Shown piece after piece: positions 26,173-37,511 of a stretch of 64,000 nt of DNA. The DNA comes from Octopus vulgaris. Its lineage: Eukaryota. Position 1 is the stretch's first letter. Each line of letters starts with the position of its first letter. Where the stretch lies: assembly GCA_951406725.2 (NCBI GenBank), contig OX597825.1:61752001-61816000 (forward strand), given 5' to 3'. The translations under genes and the position numbers were made by a program. The notes beneath the pieces were generated by a model. That model saw only the letters and a program-made list of their open reading frames with translations, was not told where the DNA came from and did not search any database.

Positions 26173-26599
26173 AAAGCCTAGTGATGGTGTTAAATCAGGT
26201 AACAGACATAGTACATACATATACTTAAAGTAAACAGCTAACATTAACAGTACCTTTATAAATTATGTAGTCACAACACTAATGATTTTCTTTTAGTCTC
26301 TTGATTAATTTGGTGTTAATGTTATTGATTAAGCTTATGAGTTACTTTAGCAACAAATCAGCAAATTAGCAGAGTCATCAAAGAATTAGGTAGAATGGCA
26401 CCTTTTATTTCGTCTGACTCACACTCTATGAGTTCAAATACTGCCAAGATCAACTTTGCATTTCATCCTTCCAGGATCAATGTACCAGTCCAGGTATATT
26501 GAATAGTCAATCAGATAGAACAAGAAGGTGTTGTATCCAATGACTGGCATTATGTTGTTTCTGTAAGAAGTAACAAAAACAAAGAAAACGGTAATAGAG

Positions 26600-26750
26600 G
26601 TATGAAATTGTTGAGCCAGAGGTATCAAATTGTTAGACCAGCTCATGGAAGTTCCAGGAAGATTTACTGAAAAAATTTATTCTGAGCTGCCCAGAAGAGA
26701 TACAGTGTGGTTTGGTTCCAGGAAGAGGTACTACAGATGTCATATTTCGA
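26600..26750 (+). pseudogene. RTE-clade reverse transcriptase fragment
   Basis: RGIKLLDQLMEV and QCGLVPGRGTTDVIF match the non-LTR RT motifs YRGIxLL and QxGFxPGRxTxDAIF. Confidence 0.7.
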
Positions 26751-26780
26751 GCAATGCAACAGAAGGAATGAATATAGAAC

Positions 26781-26858
26781 TGAGATACATGAGGATATTG
26801 TATTTGCAGTTCCATTATTTAAGCAGGAACTGCAGATACAATATCCTTGTGTATCTCA
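26781..26858. repeat. 33-bp inverted repeat hairpin just upstream of a hammerhead motif
   Basis: TGAGATACATGAGGATATTGTATTTGCAGTTCC, 12-nt loop, GGAACTGCAGATACAATATCCTTGTGTATCTCA. Confidence 0.85.
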
Positions 26859-26917
26859 CGTCTGTGTATTTCATATCTTCTCTATAATAACTATTGCTTA
26901 ACCATTTCCTTGCACCA

Positions 26918-26963
26918 TCTCTGATGAAGGGATATATAGAATATACCGGAAACAGCTGTAAGA
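26918..26963 (+). ncRNA. Minimal type-I hammerhead ribozyme motif, core intact
   Basis: TCT-CTGATGA-AGGGATATATAGAATATACCG-GAAAC AGCT GTA-AGA; palindromic stem III ACAGCTGT; stems I and II are short or imperfect. Confidence 0.7.
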
Positions 26964-27027
26964 CCTTCTCTTTATAATTGCTCTGAAAACTATTCAGAGC
27001 CTTGGATTTTTTATCTCATTCTGTTAA

Positions 27028-27070
<43 letters not shown>

Positions 27071-27126
27071 TTATATATATGGCCACTTGATAAGATTGAT
27101 ATTTAAATAATGATCTTATCCTTATT

Positions 27127-27167
<41 letters not shown>

Positions 27168-27185
27168 GTGTATATTTGCAGCTGG

Positions 27186-27257
27186 TGATCAGTAGTATAG
27201 TGGTAAGTATACCTGCCTGTCATGCAAGAGACCAGTCTTTCATTTCCTGCCGAGAGG
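27186..27257 (+). pseudogene. tRNA-Asp(GTC) pseudogene
   Basis: TAGTATAGTGGTAAGTATACCTGCCTGTCATGCAAGAGACC aligns by eye to the eukaryotic tRNA-Asp D-arm and anticodon arm; T-arm and acceptor stem are decayed. Confidence 0.75.
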
Positions 27258-27284
27258 CTCATCATATTTAACGAAGACATATGT

Positions 27285-27570
27285 TTTAGTGGTTAGGGGA
27301 ATTTGGCTCACGGATGGTGTGATGTATCCTTAAGCAAGATGCTTTATTTCACATTCCTCTAGTCCATGCAGCTGTCAAAAAAGAGTAGTATCAGCAATTC
27401 AAAGGGCCAGCCTTGTCGAATTTTGTGTCACACTGAAGCTCCCAGAGAACTACATTCAGGGAACATGTGTCTGTGGAGTGCTCAGCTACTTGCACATTAA
27501 TTTGATGAGCAGGCTGTTCCATTGATCAAATCAACTTGAACCTACATCATGGTAACTAAAATGGTGAGCC
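27285..27570 (+). mobile_element. Degenerate SINE, family C head with alternative tail
   Basis: Homologous to 18127-18410. Confidence 0.7.
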
Positions 27571-27744
27571 TGTTCTGTATATATGTATATATCACGCCAC
27601 ATGATATCATGTGACCGACCAGACCATCAGATGTTGCTACACATCGCTGGTCACAATGAGTTCGCATTGTTTTAGCCTTCGAATGACGCCACCCCACTGG
27701 CTAAGCGAGCAGGCCAATATGTATATATATATATATATTTATAT

Positions 27745-28260
27745 AACAATAAAAGGGTAAAATTATTTAGTCAATAATTAATAATTATACCAAGTAGTTT
27801 GGTACATTAAAATAACCTTTTTAGGTAAAATTATAGAAATATTCTATAATTATAATCAGGGTTCAGCTAATAGCTTCACCATATATCCCTTCATCAGACG
27901 TGTTCACGTTCGGTTGTATATTTTTGAAAGAGTTGACTGAATATCTGTTATGCGATGATGCCTGATCATGTACATATTTAATTCTAACACTCTCAAATTT
28001 ATATATTGAAATGCTGCACTGAAGAGGTGAAATAAGTAAGTAAATATTACTTTACTTTAATCCCGAAACGCGTATGTAGCTAATCTGAGTCATGTGGATT
28101 CGTTATATTTTTCATTTTGCCTATGTAAAAAAGTGTGCTTTGTCTGAGAGATCTTTATGGCAGCAGAAAAGGCATTTTAACTCTTATTTCTAAATTCGGT
28201 GCATGGTGAAGCTATTAGCTGAACCCTGATTATAATTATGTTTATAATTATAGAATATTT
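27745..28260 (+). mobile_element. (TA)n-flanked Penelope-like terminal-repeat element with an internal inverted duplication and a hammerhead
   Basis: 27838-27882 is the reverse complement of part of 28203-28260; hammerhead at 28013-28080; deleted relative at 29113-29335. Confidence 0.7.
28013..28080 (+). ncRNA. Type-I hammerhead ribozyme motif, core intact
   Basis: Stem I GCTGCA/TGTAGC (6 bp, one G-U), CTGAAGA at 28019-28025, AT-rich stem II closed by G-C, GAAA at 28065-28068, palindromic stem III ACGCGT, cleavage triplet GTA ending at 28074. Confidence 0.8.
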
Positions 28261-28261
28261 G

Positions 28262-28317
<56 letters not shown>

Positions 28318-28319
<2 letters not shown>

Positions 28320-28668
28320 TGGTTACGACAGCGGACTCACGGTCATAGGATCGCGGTTTCGATTCCCAGACCGGGCGTTGTGAGTGTTTATTGAGCGAAA
28401 ACACCTAAAGCTCCATGACGCTCCAGCAGGGGATGGTGGTGATCCCTGCTGTACTCTTTCACCACAACTTTCTCTCACTCTTACTTCCTGTTTCTGTTGT
28501 ACCTGTATTTCAAAGGGCCGGCCTTGTCACTCTCTGTGTCATGCTGAATATCCCCGAGAACTATGTTGAGTGGAGTGCTCAGCCACTTACATGTTAATTT
28601 CACGAGCAGGCTGTTCCGTTGATTCGGATCAATCGGAACCCTCATCGTCGTAACCGACGGAGTGCTTC
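28318..28668 (+). mobile_element. SINE with family D head and the tail also seen on family C heads
   Basis: GGTTTCGATTCCCAGACCGGGCG head plus GTATTTCAAAGGGCCGGCCTTGTCAC...CGTCGTAACCGACGGAGTGC tail. Confidence 0.85.
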
Positions 28669-28849
28669 CATTATCCAGGTGGATACAGTAGTAGCTCTCA
28701 CTTAAGTTCCAGTTGATGGCTAACTATGGTGATCAGTATCTAATGTCTGTGTCTACATTTGGCTGTTAATCACTCCTTGAATTCTTCTCATGGGTAATTC
28801 TGTGTACTCTCCACTGGATGGCAAAAATTGTCTGGCATATATATTGATA

Positions 28850-29037
28850 TAAATAAGAATAAAGAGTATGGAAACTTGTACATCCACAAAATTAATTTTA
28901 TAGTTATACACAGCATATTATAATTACCTACATGTGTTTCCACAGCAGTAACCATCTATTAACTGTTGCACAATAACATGTGTAGGTCATTATAATATGC
29001 TGTATGTAATTACAAAATAATTTCCTTACTCTTCATT

Positions 29038-29040
<3 letters not shown>
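28850..29040. repeat. Foldback repeat next to (TA)n with the 3' half of a hammerhead-like motif
   Basis: CAGCATATTATAAT.ACCTACA.ATG at about 28910-28935 is inverted at 28976-29002; the minus strand reads GAAAC ACAT GTA GGT. Confidence 0.6.
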
Positions 29041-29110
<70 letters not shown>

Positions 29111-29341
29111 GTCAATAATAATAAAGGGTAAAATTAATTAATCAATTTATAATTAATAATCTTACCAAGTAGTTTGGTATGTTAGAAGAACCATTATCGG
29201 TAAACTTATATTGGTGTCTGGGAGATATTTTATGGTAGTTAGAATACTATTTAACTGCTATTTCTAAATTTCGGTATGTGGTGAAGCAAATCTTGCTAAA
29301 TCCTAATTATAATTATGTTTATAATTATAAAAATGTATATA

Positions 29342-29385
<44 letters not shown>

Positions 29386-29838
29386 AATTTCCCAACAAAA
29401 TAACCATGTCTGTTACTACTTGCCATAAATGTACAGTTGTCTCATTTCAGGCAATAATCATCTGACAAGTTCAAGCAGTTATCATGTGTCCATGTACCCA
29501 ACCTAATCATGTAATTTTAGTATTTTTTAAATTCATTATCTTGATCAAGTTTACAATCACTCAAGTACATTTTCACAGATTTCTGTAATATAACATTTCT
29601 ATTTGCAATTAGCCAGAAGTTTAATTAACGAATACAATAGTTAATTATCTTTGGAAAATTTAACTTATTAATCTTTATTACGATATAATTGATTTTGATA
29701 TGAATATATCATATCTACAGTCATAAAATACTTCTCTAGCTACAAAATAATCATTTACAACTCATGTATTTATGCATTTGTTTAATAGATTAGTCAACAG
29801 GGGCACAGGCAGTGCTTCAAAATATCACAGTAAAACAC

Positions 29839-30115
29839 TCAATTGCTGATCTGGCCCTGGAGGAGGAATTCTCGATGCCCTGTACCACATTTCTTGGGGT
29901 GACACTTTTTTGCAGTTCTTCCAGATCGTTTGTCATCTTCTAGGGACGTTCTGCCACCTTTGAAGCACCTGTGCCACTCGAAAATTTCTGTACAACCCAT
30001 TGCCTCATCTCCGTAAGCTTGTTGAAACATGCTCAATGTCTCTGTAGCAGACTTCCCAAGTTTAACGCAAGATTTCACGTTGGTTCTTTGTTCCTGTCTT
30101 TGACAAAATCACAGA
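29839..30115 (-). pseudogene. mariner transposase N-terminal fragment (HTH), internally deleted
   Basis: KSCVKLGKSATETLSMFQQAYGDEAM..TEIFEWHRCFKGGRTSLEDDKRSGR is a typical mariner N-terminus. Confidence 0.85.
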
Positions 30116-30184
30116 CTACAGCATCTGTCTGTCTGTATGTATGCATGTCTCCCTTTTTCTCTCTCTTTATATATATATATATAT

Positions 30185-30592
30185 AGGCGCAGGAGTGGCT
30201 GTGTGGTAAGTAGCTTGTTTACCAACCACATGGTTCCAGGTTCAGTTCCTCTGCGTGGCATCTTGGGCAAGTGTCTTCTGCTATAGCCCCGGGCCGACCA
30301 ATGCCTTATGAGTGGATTTGGTAGACGGAAACTGAAAGAAGCCTGTCGTATATATGTATATATATATATGTATGTGTGTGTGTTGTGTGTCTGTGTTTGT
30401 CTCCCTAGCATTGCTTGACAACCGATGCTGGTGTGTTTATGTCCCCGTCACCTAGCGGTTCAGCAAAAGAGACCAATAGAATAAGTACGGGGCTTACAAA
30501 GAATAAGTCCCGGGGTTGAATTTTCTCGATTAAAGGCGGTGCTCCAGCATGGCCGCAGTCAAATGACTGAAACAAGTAAAAGAGTAAAAGAG
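30185..30592 (+). mobile_element. SINE family A, full length and CpG-rich (young)
   Basis: Intact A and B boxes, body, and (GTAAAAGA)2 tail; flanked by TA repeats. Confidence 0.93.
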
Positions 30593-30821
30593 TATATATA
30601 AATATATGTAAAGGTAAGTTTAAAGGATCCAAGTGTAGGAAGTTAGTAAGATTCAAGCAGTCTGTTGAAGGTCTAAAATCATCTTTCTGGATCAATGGTT
30701 GTTTAGTGATGTTGAAGGTTGTAAATTTCCTCCATATCGAATTTTGATAAGCTGGAAAAATTGTTTTATAGCTTATTGTTAGCAGCAAGGGCTGCTGTGT
30801 ATGCAAATAGAAATCCCAAGT

Positions 30822-31750
30822 TAGGGAATGGAGTAGATAAAAATCCAGGCTACATATGTTTCATTGCTAGCAAAACTTCAGAAGGAGTAATTGTCCAAAT
30901 GAGGGATAATCCACTAGCTACTCGTTAGACCAAAGATACCTTAATCAAATGATGTTTACATTGTTGTCAATGTAAACATCATGCTGACTGGCATGAGATT
31001 TGATCGCAAATGTGTGGAAAGCATAGAGATTGAGAAAAAATGGAAAGGATATTAGCGAAGAAGTAACATATGGGAAGTCTAAAATTTACTCTCTCCCATA
31101 TGTCTTGCAAACAACTTGCACATGCAAGTGCTACCAGTTAAAAGCTCCGTATATCGGAAGCTAGCAAGTGTATGGGGTCATCAGGAAAGAATGCGCGCTG
31201 TTTCGGGGCCTACCTCTCGACGGCATCAATGCGCACCGGCCCCCTCACTGATATGAGGCCCCGCTTGCTAGATCAGCTGGTTATGAAGAACTCAATAAAC
31301 TTCTAGCCATCGCTCATCATCTCTTTTTAACCAAATCCAGTGGCTAGCCTTCTCCACTGTAGATCGGATATCAGTCCTGGTGGTATTGACTTTACGATTA
31401 GTTAGGCCTAACGATAACAACAGTCGTCTCATGCTGTGTCCTACAAACCCTCTACATCCAACTTCGATAGGAAAATGTTCCGCTTTCCAGCCTGCGTCTT
31501 CACATTCCTCGAGGAGGTTTTCATAACGGTTTAATTTCCGAGCTCGAGCGGCGTCCATATTATCTTCTCAGCTGAGTCCCCTGCAAGTCAGCATGGGATC
31601 GCTTAACGACAATGTAAACTTCATTTGATTAAGGTATATTACGCCTGATGAGTAGCTTGCAGATTACCCCTTGTTTGGGCAATTACTCTTTGCAAGGTTC
31701 TGTTAGCTATGAAACATATGTAGCCTAGATTTTATCTATTCTATTCCCTA
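30822..31750. mobile_element. Foldback element with ~170-bp imperfect inverted arms enclosing a retrotransposon 3' end
   Basis: 30822-30993 aligns to the reverse complement of 31582-31750; shared blocks include AGGCTACATATGTTTCAT and ATACCTTAATCAAATGA.GTTTACATTGT. Confidence 0.85.
31140..31570 (-). pseudogene. 3' end of an RLE-type non-LTR retrotransposon (HERO/NeSL-like): endonuclease C-terminus plus 3' UTR
   Basis: ORF 31292-31558 AARARKLNRYENL..EC..AGWKA..FPIEVGCRGF...KASHWIWLKRDD..W matches the K..Y..L / EVGCRG / S.W.W.KR signature of this group. Confidence 0.85.
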
Positions 31751-31979
31751 TTTTTGTATAGGGAGCTTGTTTCACCATGGTAACGAGCTTTCTCATTTCC
31801 TCTCTTTCGTCAACTTATTAAGATAGTGCTTTTTGTGGCTAATTGAGTCATTTTTGACTCTTGTTTCTAGCAATAGTGATTCTATTTTGTACCCTTGTTT
31901 ATAAATACACACATATATATATATACACATATATTACATATATATATATTAGTAAATGTATATGAATATATATGTGTAA

Positions 31980-32036
<57 letters not shown>

Positions 32037-32123
32037 ATATATGTATATATATATATATATATATATCAGAGAAGGGAAGACAGAGGGAAAAGAAAAAAAA
32101 TTGCTAACGGTATAATGTATATA

Positions 32124-32154
<31 letters not shown>

Positions 32155-32155
<1 letters not shown>

Positions 32156-32330
32156 GGGAGAATTCATGAAAAAAACAAAAAAACAAAGACAGGTGGTGTA
32201 GACAACAAACTGATGTATTTGTATAATGCTCGGGAAGTGAAAAAGTCTCTAATGTTTCCAGCCTACACTTTTCCACAGAAATGAACAAGGAGAGAAAATA
32301 AAGAATGTGTAGTGGCTAGCGATCTATCAT
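32155..32330 (-). mobile_element. Small repeat beside (TA)n with a decayed hammerhead-like motif
   Basis: Minus strand GTGGAAAA-GTGTAGGCTG-GAAACATTA-GAGAC; homologous to 17795-17965. Confidence 0.55.
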
Positions 32331-32487
32331 GGCAAAGAGAGAGATACACACACATGTATTTATGATATTCTACTTGGTTCAGTATATTGTCTATTTTGTA
32401 AAGATCATTCTCAACAAAACTATACCTCCTTAATTTATCTATCAATCTATCTATCTTTTTGTCTGTCTCGCGGTCTGTCTTTCTGTA

Positions 32488-32582
<95 letters not shown>

Positions 32583-33181
32583 TTATATATACATACATAT
32601 ACATACAATGATATATATATTTAACAGCATAACTTTTAGAATCCTTAAAACAGACATACACTAACAATGAGCATTATCAGGAAGAACCTAACTCTCTACT
32701 TTCCACATAGAACATTTTTCTGTAAAACCATTTGATATTAATAGTAATAATCAACAGCAAAGTGTAAAATATGGGAGCATGTCAAAACCAGTCTTAAGGT
32801 AACCCTCAGACTAAACTAGAACAATGTCAGCATAAGGTCAAACATACTGCCTTGGAATTCAAATGAAATAAGAGAAATATTCTTGTGCTTAAATTGTCCA
32901 TGTTGTTGCCATTAATTGGAGAGAGTATTGACTGAATGTCTATTTTTGGTACCAGAATAGTTAAGATAGCATCTTTTGTCACATGGCGATATTTACTCTG
33001 GCATTGTAAAATTGCTATGCTTTTTATGTTAGTTTTGGTATAGGCAATGTAGAGAGCTTGTATGTGAAATTTTGATGTTTGAAATATAGCAACCAAAATC
33101 TTCCTCAAATCCGTCTTTACTGTCTTAAAGAAAGAAGGACACTTTGGATAAGATTGTTTTAGATACACTATGTCTGAAAAT

Positions 33182-33447
33182 GTGGAGGCACGTGGCTTAG
33201 TGATTAGGGTGTCAGCACCATGATTGTAAGATTGTGGTTTCGATTCCTGGACCATGCGACGTGTTGTGTTCTTGAGCAAAACACTTCATTTCAAGTTGCT
33301 CCAGTCCACTCAGCTGGCAAAAATGAGTTACACTGCGATGGACTGGCGTCCTGTCCAGCTGGGGAACACATATGCCATAGAAACTGGGAAACAGAGCCCA
33401 TGTGCCTGGCTAGGCTTTAAAAAGGGTGCATTTATTTTTATTTTTAT
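33182..33447 (+). mobile_element. SINE family C with 13-bp TSD
   Basis: TSD TATGTCTGAAAAT at 33169-33181 and 33448-33460; A box TGGCTTAGTG, B box GGTTTCGATTCC. Confidence 0.92.
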
Positions 33448-34604
33448 TATGTCTGAAAATTGGATGGAATTTTCAGAATTGGAAGAATTTGTTCAAGAAA
33501 GTGTACATTGGATAATGTACTCTTAGGTACAGTATGTCACTAAATAAAATGGGAGTGTCATGATTACAATGTCTTTGACTAAAAAAAGATAAGGTAGTCC
33601 CAGATATACTCTCTGGAAATAAGATGGGATCACCAGAAATGGAATGTCTTTGACCAGGATAAGATACTTTGGATAATGTAGTCCCAGATACATTGTGTCT
33701 GGAAATGAGATGAGAATGTTTGGATTTGCCTGCCTATGATCATAGGCGAAAACAAACAGAACAAGGCTAACCCATGATGAAATAACAGCTAAACTCCTGT
33801 ATATTAATACAAATAATAATATAAGGCATAACATTTCTCGATGTGTTGTTTTCTTCTTACAAGAAATTATTATGCTGTTTTCTTCACACTAGAATAAAGT
33901 TGATATTTTATTATGAAGGCAAAATTACTAGAAAAAATCAGAGGAGAGGGACACAAATAAAGCTATCAATAACTTATAGGTGATCAGTGTAAAGTCAACA
34001 AATGAATTAAAAATATATTTCCTTTTCGTGGGCTGAACACATGTCATTTCAAATTAATGAGACAATTTATTTTTCTTTTCTTTTTAAATCCATTTTCAAA
34101 AACACAAGAGATAAAAGAAAAGAAAAAAGCCCCCTATGTACTCAAGTTATTTCGCAGAGAAAGCAATATTGTTGCAAAAAATAGATTCTTGTTTTCTAAC
34201 TTTCCATTCTCCATTGAAGAACCCGTCCTGGAATATTGATGCAAATCATTTTTAATTCAATAACATTTTTGTCTTGTGAGTGTAATTCTGACCAAATAGT
34301 GCTGATTGTACTTGCATGTGTAATTAAATGGAATTCATTAAATGAAATTCATTATATATTTTTACTTTTGTTTTATATTGGCTTTTTTTTAATCTATCTT
34401 TTTATTGAGATTTCATTGTAGCTGGTTTACAAAAACTAGTCGAAGTTTCAAACTAAAAATATATTTGAACTTAATGACTATTCCATTCTAGTTTCCTGCA
34501 ACATCAGGCTCTTAGACTAAAGAAGCATCTACACAGCCATCTGATCCATCAGAAATAACAGTGAAATCCCCTCGACACACATCCTTAAAAAAAGTAGTCT
34601 TTAA

Positions 34605-34824
34605 CCTTTTTGTTACTATATTTATTTTGAGATGCTCTGTGTTTCTTTCAATTACTTTAAATATAACAGAGAATTTAATAAAATAACTTAGTTATCATTC
34701 AGCTAGTGTTAGGAACATAAATTGTGACTAAGGTTTGGTGGAAGATTTTAATACGAAACTTATGAAAACAAGACATTTGTACTCAGAGCCAGAGCTGGTC
34801 TCAGCCGGGCTGGTAACGAAAGGG
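34605..34824. mobile_element. piggyBac-like MITE
   Basis: TTAA|CCTTTTTGTTAC ... GTAACGAAAGGG|TCAA; two older tandem relatives at about 39566-40024. Confidence 0.7.
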
Positions 34825-35329
34825 TCAAAAACAGGAAAGGATAGACTGGCAAATATACTCCAAGATATACAAAGAGACAGGTTAGTCATCGATGGTTAAA
34901 ATATCTTTAATCATAAGTCTGATCGACCAGAGCTGATCAGAAGCTAAATGAAAATATCAGCTGACTCTGACTATATGTTACAAATTCATTTTATCTATTT
35001 TCTTTTGTTATCCTTCCATATTTCTCCCCAGCTATCTCTCTACATATATCTCATTTCTTTTTCTATTCTCCCAGACTGCACTGGAACTGGTTTTATTTTA
35101 GTTTTCTACTTTCATTACCTCTCATTCTGCTACAGCACATCTGCAGCCTTCATCTCAGCTGATCCATAAATTAATGACATTATATTGATGCACACATTCT
35201 AAGCTTTCTTCACATCATCTTTCTGCTGAGTTGTTTCTACTTATTCACTTCTCTTGAATCTGTGGATTAAGATTCTTCATTTAATTTTTAGAATTACTTT
35301 CTTACCATCCTGGAAATCACTTGCAGGTT

Positions 35330-35812
35330 TACACTCTTTCTCTCTTTCTCACTCTCCCTCATACATTCACTGCTTACCATTATATCTCTTTCTTTTAGTA
35401 TATCAATCTCTTTGTCTCACTATTTCAGTATCCTACCTCTCTCCCTTACTCACTATATTCGTCTCTCCTACACTATCTCCTCACTATTTCAATGTCCTAT
35501 CTTTCTCTCTTATTCACTATATTCGTCTCTCCTACACTGTCTCCACTTTCTCTCTCTCTCTCTTTATTACTCATTCCTTCTCTCTTTCTCACTCTTTCTC
35601 ATTCTGCCTCTCACAGTATTTATAATTTCCATATTTTCTCTCTCTCCCCGCTCTATCTCTCTCTCTCTCTCTCTCTCTCTTTCCCTTTATCTGTCTAACT
35701 ATCCCTTACCCCCAATCTCTCACTATATTAACAGCCAACTCCCCCCCTCTCTCTCTCTTGCACCATATTTATCTACACTCTATTGCTTACCCCCTCTCTC
35801 TCTCTTTCTCTG
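35330..35812. repeat. CT-rich tract with an internal direct duplication
   Basis: TCACTATATTCGTCTCTCCTACACT occurs at about 35450 and 35513; (TC)n runs. Confidence 0.8.
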
Positions 35813-36162
35813 TGCTCATGGAATCTTCAGAGCAAATATTTAAAAGTTGAATTCCCATATTCACATCAAACCAATGCTACTCCTCTTCTAACACACAAGC
35901 ACACACATGCATACACACATAGATACCCAATGCAAAAAAAACACATACACCTATACATTCTATTCTAACAATTTCTTCATCAACCAGACCAACAGTTCAT
36001 AATACAGTTCATTTCCATACAGTTGTTATATTTACTCATGCATTTACAAACACACACTTTAAAAACAGTTTCAAATTTTTTCACACACACTCACATTAAA
36101 ATTTGCCTTGCAACAGCAATTTGAAGTAACACATATAACAATGTATTATATGTGTGTGTGTG

Positions 36163-36395
36163 AAGGAGCATGGCTCAGTGGTTAGAGCTTGAAGCTTACA
36201 ATTGTGAGGTTGTGAGTTTGATTCCTGGACTGGGCTGCATGTTGTGTTCTTGAGCAAGACATTTTATTTCATGTTGTTCCAGTTCACTCAGCTGTAGAAA
36301 TGAGTTGTGATGTCACTGGTGCCAAGCTGTATCGGCCTTTGCCTTTTCCTTGGACAACATTGGTGGTGGCATGGAGAGGGGAGGTTGGTGTGCAT
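36163..36395 (+). mobile_element. SINE, family C head with a third tail type
   Basis: TGGCTCAGTGGTTAGAGC, GTTTGATTCC and GTTCTTGAGCAAGACA...CACTCAGCTG, followed by a tail not seen on other copies. Confidence 0.75.
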
Positions 36396-36739
36396 GTCTA
36401 CCTAATTCCTCATTGACTTGATTCAATGCCATGAAAGGTACAGCTCGCTTCGGTTTAAATACCAGTACAGCGTTTTCTTTCACTTGAAATTTTGCTTTTT
36501 TGTCTTAGTGCACCTACGTAATTCTTCATAAAGAAAAAAAAAACCATCAGAAAAAATCTTTTTAATATCTTATTTTAATTTTCTGACACCTCATTTGAAC
36601 TGGCGTAAGAATCTTTTACATTATTACAAAAAATATTCATGGGGAGGTCCCATAAATTAAATAGTTCTATCCAGTCTGTGCCAAATAGGTTTGTCTCCAA
36701 ATACTTCTCACTTAGTGTGGCTGTCACTTGGTCACCCTG

Positions 36740-36925
36740 CTGCTTTTGCTCCTCTTCACCTTCTTTGTCTTTCCGAGGAAACCTTGCTCTCATGTGTCCC
36801 CTCTCTCCATACTGATAACAGGTTGATGGTCTTCCTTCCACCACCACTCTCAATCTCATGTCATCTGGCAATATCCCTTCTGCTATTTTGTGTAAGTCTT
36901 TTAGACTGACTTGGATGTCCAAAAA
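36740..36925 (-). pseudogene. LINE ORF1 (gag-like) fragment with a decayed zinc knuckle
   Basis: LRVVVEGRPSTCYQYGERGHMRARFP is a CX2CX4HX4C knuckle with two Cys lost. Confidence 0.6.
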
Positions 36926-37511
36926 CACTTGAATGTCTGAAATATGAATTTTCCTTAATATGTTTTTGTTCAATATTTGTTTTATGTGACATTATTTATT
37001 TAATTCTAACTTAACAAAGTTTTATGTTCATACGTAAACGTTCTGTAAGCTGTTTTGATAAGAATAATCTTGTTCTTATTTAGGATGTAATTATCAGATT
37101 TACATTTTAAAGCTGAAAGAGAGAAGATACTATTTTGGAATATGATCTGCTGAATCAAATGGTCATAGGGACAATGGTAACATAAGTAGGATCTAAATCA
37201 ACACCAGCTGGATACAAACACAGAACACTAATTATAAAACTTAGACAAAATAAAGAAATGATTACTTTGAACAAGTTATTAGAAATTATTATTGCCATAT
37301 TCAGCTTTCTATTATTCAGTTTATGAATATGGTATGCAAGGTTTTTTTGATGTTGCAAACTGCAATTTCACCATATTCCAGTTATCAATTTTATAATACC
37401 TACTGGATCTAGGGAAATGTGTATCTAATGCAAAGAAAATTTCCTAACAATTAAATATGCTATGTGTAATCTGAGCACTGAGATGAACCACATGATACAT
37501 TTATCAGAATT

